A stretch of 64,000 bases of DNA, taken from Gekko japonicus. Its lineage: Eukaryota. Below are positions 61,680 through 64,000 of the stretch, piece by piece. The notes under the pieces are model-generated. The model had not been told where the DNA came from and made no database searches. It saw only the letters and a list, made by a program, of their open reading frames with translations. Within the stretch, counting starts at the first letter, position 1, and every line of letters starts with the position of its first letter. Both the position numbers and the translations under genes were made by a program. The stretch spans positions 1,111,760 through 1,175,759 of the forward strand of contig NW_015170892.1 in the NCBI RefSeq assembly GCF_001447785.1. The letters run 5' to 3'.

Positions 61680-63351
61680 CCATCCTGAATAATTTTGTGT
61701 CATCTGCAAACCTGGCCACTACACTAGTCACCCTTACTTCCAGATGATTTATGAATAAATTAAAGAGTACCGGCCCCAATACCAATCCTTGTGGGACCCC
61801 ACTGCTTACTTCCTTCCATTGTGAAAACTGTCCATTTATTCCTTCTCTTTCCTTCCTGTCATTTAACCAATTTTCAATCCATAAGAGAACCCACTCTCTC
61901 ATCCTATGACTACTAAGTTAACTCAGGAGTCTTTGGTGAGGTACCTTGTCAAAAGCCTTTTGAAAGTCCAAGTATATAATGTCTACTGGGTCACTGTTGT
62001 CTACAGGCTTGTTCAGTTTCTCAAAGAACTCCAAAAGGTTGGTGAGGCAGGAATTCCCTTTGCAGAAGATTTGCTGATTTCCCCTCAGCAGGCTTTGTTC
62101 CTCTATGTGACCAATAATTCTATCTTTGATTACAGTTTCTATTACAGTTTCTAAAACCATGTATTCCTGCATCAGAAAGTATGGCTCCTAAATGGAACTG
62201 TTGTCAGTTGTTGGCATGTGTGGAATAAGAGCCAAAATACACAACACACATTGAAGATACGTAGATATTTATGCATGCCAGAACAAGTGCTCCGTATTTT
62301 TACATTTACAGTTGGAAACCTATGACTCAGCTCCCAAACATTTACAACCTGGTGGTCAATGTGCTTGTGCCAGTAACAGCATCACGAACAGATGCTCTCA
62401 CTAAAGATGTACACACACATTCCACAAGGGAAAAAGAATATTACAGTATTGTACAATTCTATAAACCCCCAAATACTGAATCCCTGAGATACTGTTGATA
62501 CTAAAAAAAAATATTGTCAGAATCTAGACAGGTGGTATAGTTAATCCGGTACAACCAAAACAGAGCATCTTTTGGTTCCTTAAAAAAGTGTTGTGGCATA
62601 ACCTATTGAGAACCAGAGCTCATTGTGCTAAATGAGTAGATACACATACACATACAATACAACTACAAACAGAAGAAGGGAAGAGGAGCAGAGCTACCTC
62701 AGAAGAAACCAAAAGGACTTCCATTCTAAGACACTGACGCATCCTGTTGCATGGCACACTTGAAAGCAATGTCAAGAGAGTAACAGTCAGAGTTATCACT
62801 GAAAAGAATGTATATATCTGTAAGGAGAGACAAGTATTTTCTGTAGTGACCTATCTATTTCCAGCCCCTATTAAGATAGTCTTACTGCATCTAATCTCAG
62901 TATCTATCACATTTTCATCCTAACCTTCCTCCAAAAAAGCTGAAAGTGATATACTCATGGGGGTGCTTGGTCTACAGCCAATTTGATTCCCACTGTCTCT
63001 TGAACTAGCGCAACACCTTAGACAATCTCCAGTGTTGTTAATTTGAGTAATGTTTTTTCTTTTGCTTCCTTTTTTTATAAGGGACCTTTTAATTCCATCA
63101 GTACTGGAAAGACATTTGATTACATTCACAAAGGAAGGATGCCATTTTTCTCTTTCCTTCTTTGGTCCCAACAGTCTTTCATGGAACTTCAAACCCTGTT
63201 TTTCATTCAGTACTATATAACACAACTAATAGATCAATCCTAAACAGAGCTAGACCATCGTAAATCCACGGAAGTCAGTGAGATTAGACTGGTATAACTA
63301 TATTCAGGATTGCACTTCAAGTCTGCATCACATCCTGTACTCCATTTTAAG

Positions 63352-63451
63352 GCTCTACAAGCTACAGTCTTGCCCCAAGATGTTTTCTCTCGTCCCCACC
63401 ACTCTACAAGCTACATCATGCCCCAAGATATTTTTTCTCTTCCCCATCACT
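63352..63451. repeat. Imperfect ~49-bp tandem duplication
   Basis: ctctacaagctaca..tgccccaagat.ttttctct..cccca.cac x2. Confidence 0.85.
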
Positions 63452-64000
63452 TTTTTAAAAAGAAAATACTAAACTTCCAGTGTGATTACAAGTTCTGGAC
63501 AACTTGAAAGCTTGCACATTATTTTATGTTTAAATTGATTCACAGAACTATTCCATAAAGGAAAGTCAAATGATGTCTTTTATTAGAAGCAAAACAGGTA
63601 CCCTCAATCCTCATCAAATGTAGAAGCAGTAGTCAGAAATGCACGTTGGGCACAGGGTAGATCAAAAGAGACTGAAATATGTAAAGAGTAAAAGAGAAGT
63701 GGAGGCAAAGACAGCTGGGAAAGGGGGTGATATACAGTGAGCTATGAACAGGGGCACATATTTATGACTGCCACGCCACTATTTAGTGTTTCTCCATTTA
63801 CTGCTTTGTCTCTTCAGAGACCTTTTGTAACTTTTAACTTAAAAGCTAACATATCTGTAATCTGATACAGAATCTGCATTAACCAACATGTTGTCTGACT
63901 TCCTAACCATTACAGTGAATATTATCTTACTTACCATGTGCATTAGTGATATACAGATGAATGCAAGTATTGTTACTTCAGCAATTATTTCACACCTACA

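Larger units (their letters stand above)
59495..62150 (-). mobile_element. CR1 LINE, interrupted by two insertions
   Basis: [54 protein letters not shown] segments are collinear once the inserts are removed. Confidence 0.9.

Noticed and set aside
49675-64000. ARHGAP10 exon 1 / promoter
   Set aside because: No MGLQPLEF-like coding sequence found; this region is intron 1

Overview
Vertebrate genomic DNA, most likely a squamate (gecko-like repeat landscape; two N-gaps suggest a draft assembly). The window lies inside ARHGAP10 (GRAF2/PSGAP; BAR-PH-RhoGAP-SH3) on the minus strand. Thirteen consecutive GT-AG coding exons (equivalent to exons 2-14: BAR, PH and the start of RhoGAP including the GLYR arginine finger) splice into one open frame. 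Exon 1 and exons 15+ were not found in the window. The introns carry many mobile elements: a ~6.9 kb DIRS1-type tyrosine-recombinase retrotransposon with inverted termini and an ICR, interrupted by a CR1 LINE and apparently chimeric between two subfamilies; an internally deleted Gypsy-type element with a 5-bp TSD; solo LTRs; CR1, L2 and L1 fragments; tRNA- and 5S-derived SINEs; hAT, Tc2-like and Harbinger-like MITEs including a SPIN/URR1-type element; Penelope-like ends with a hammerhead-ribozyme remnant; and a ~1.55 kb near-identical tandem duplication. Most ORFs in the supplied track are spurious. I cannot support a wholly new biological system. The best leads are the chimeric DIRS, a CpG-rich composite Sauria-head/L2-tail retroelement, a candidate poison exon and a 109-bp orphan insertion. 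Family names come from recalled consensus features, not database searches.
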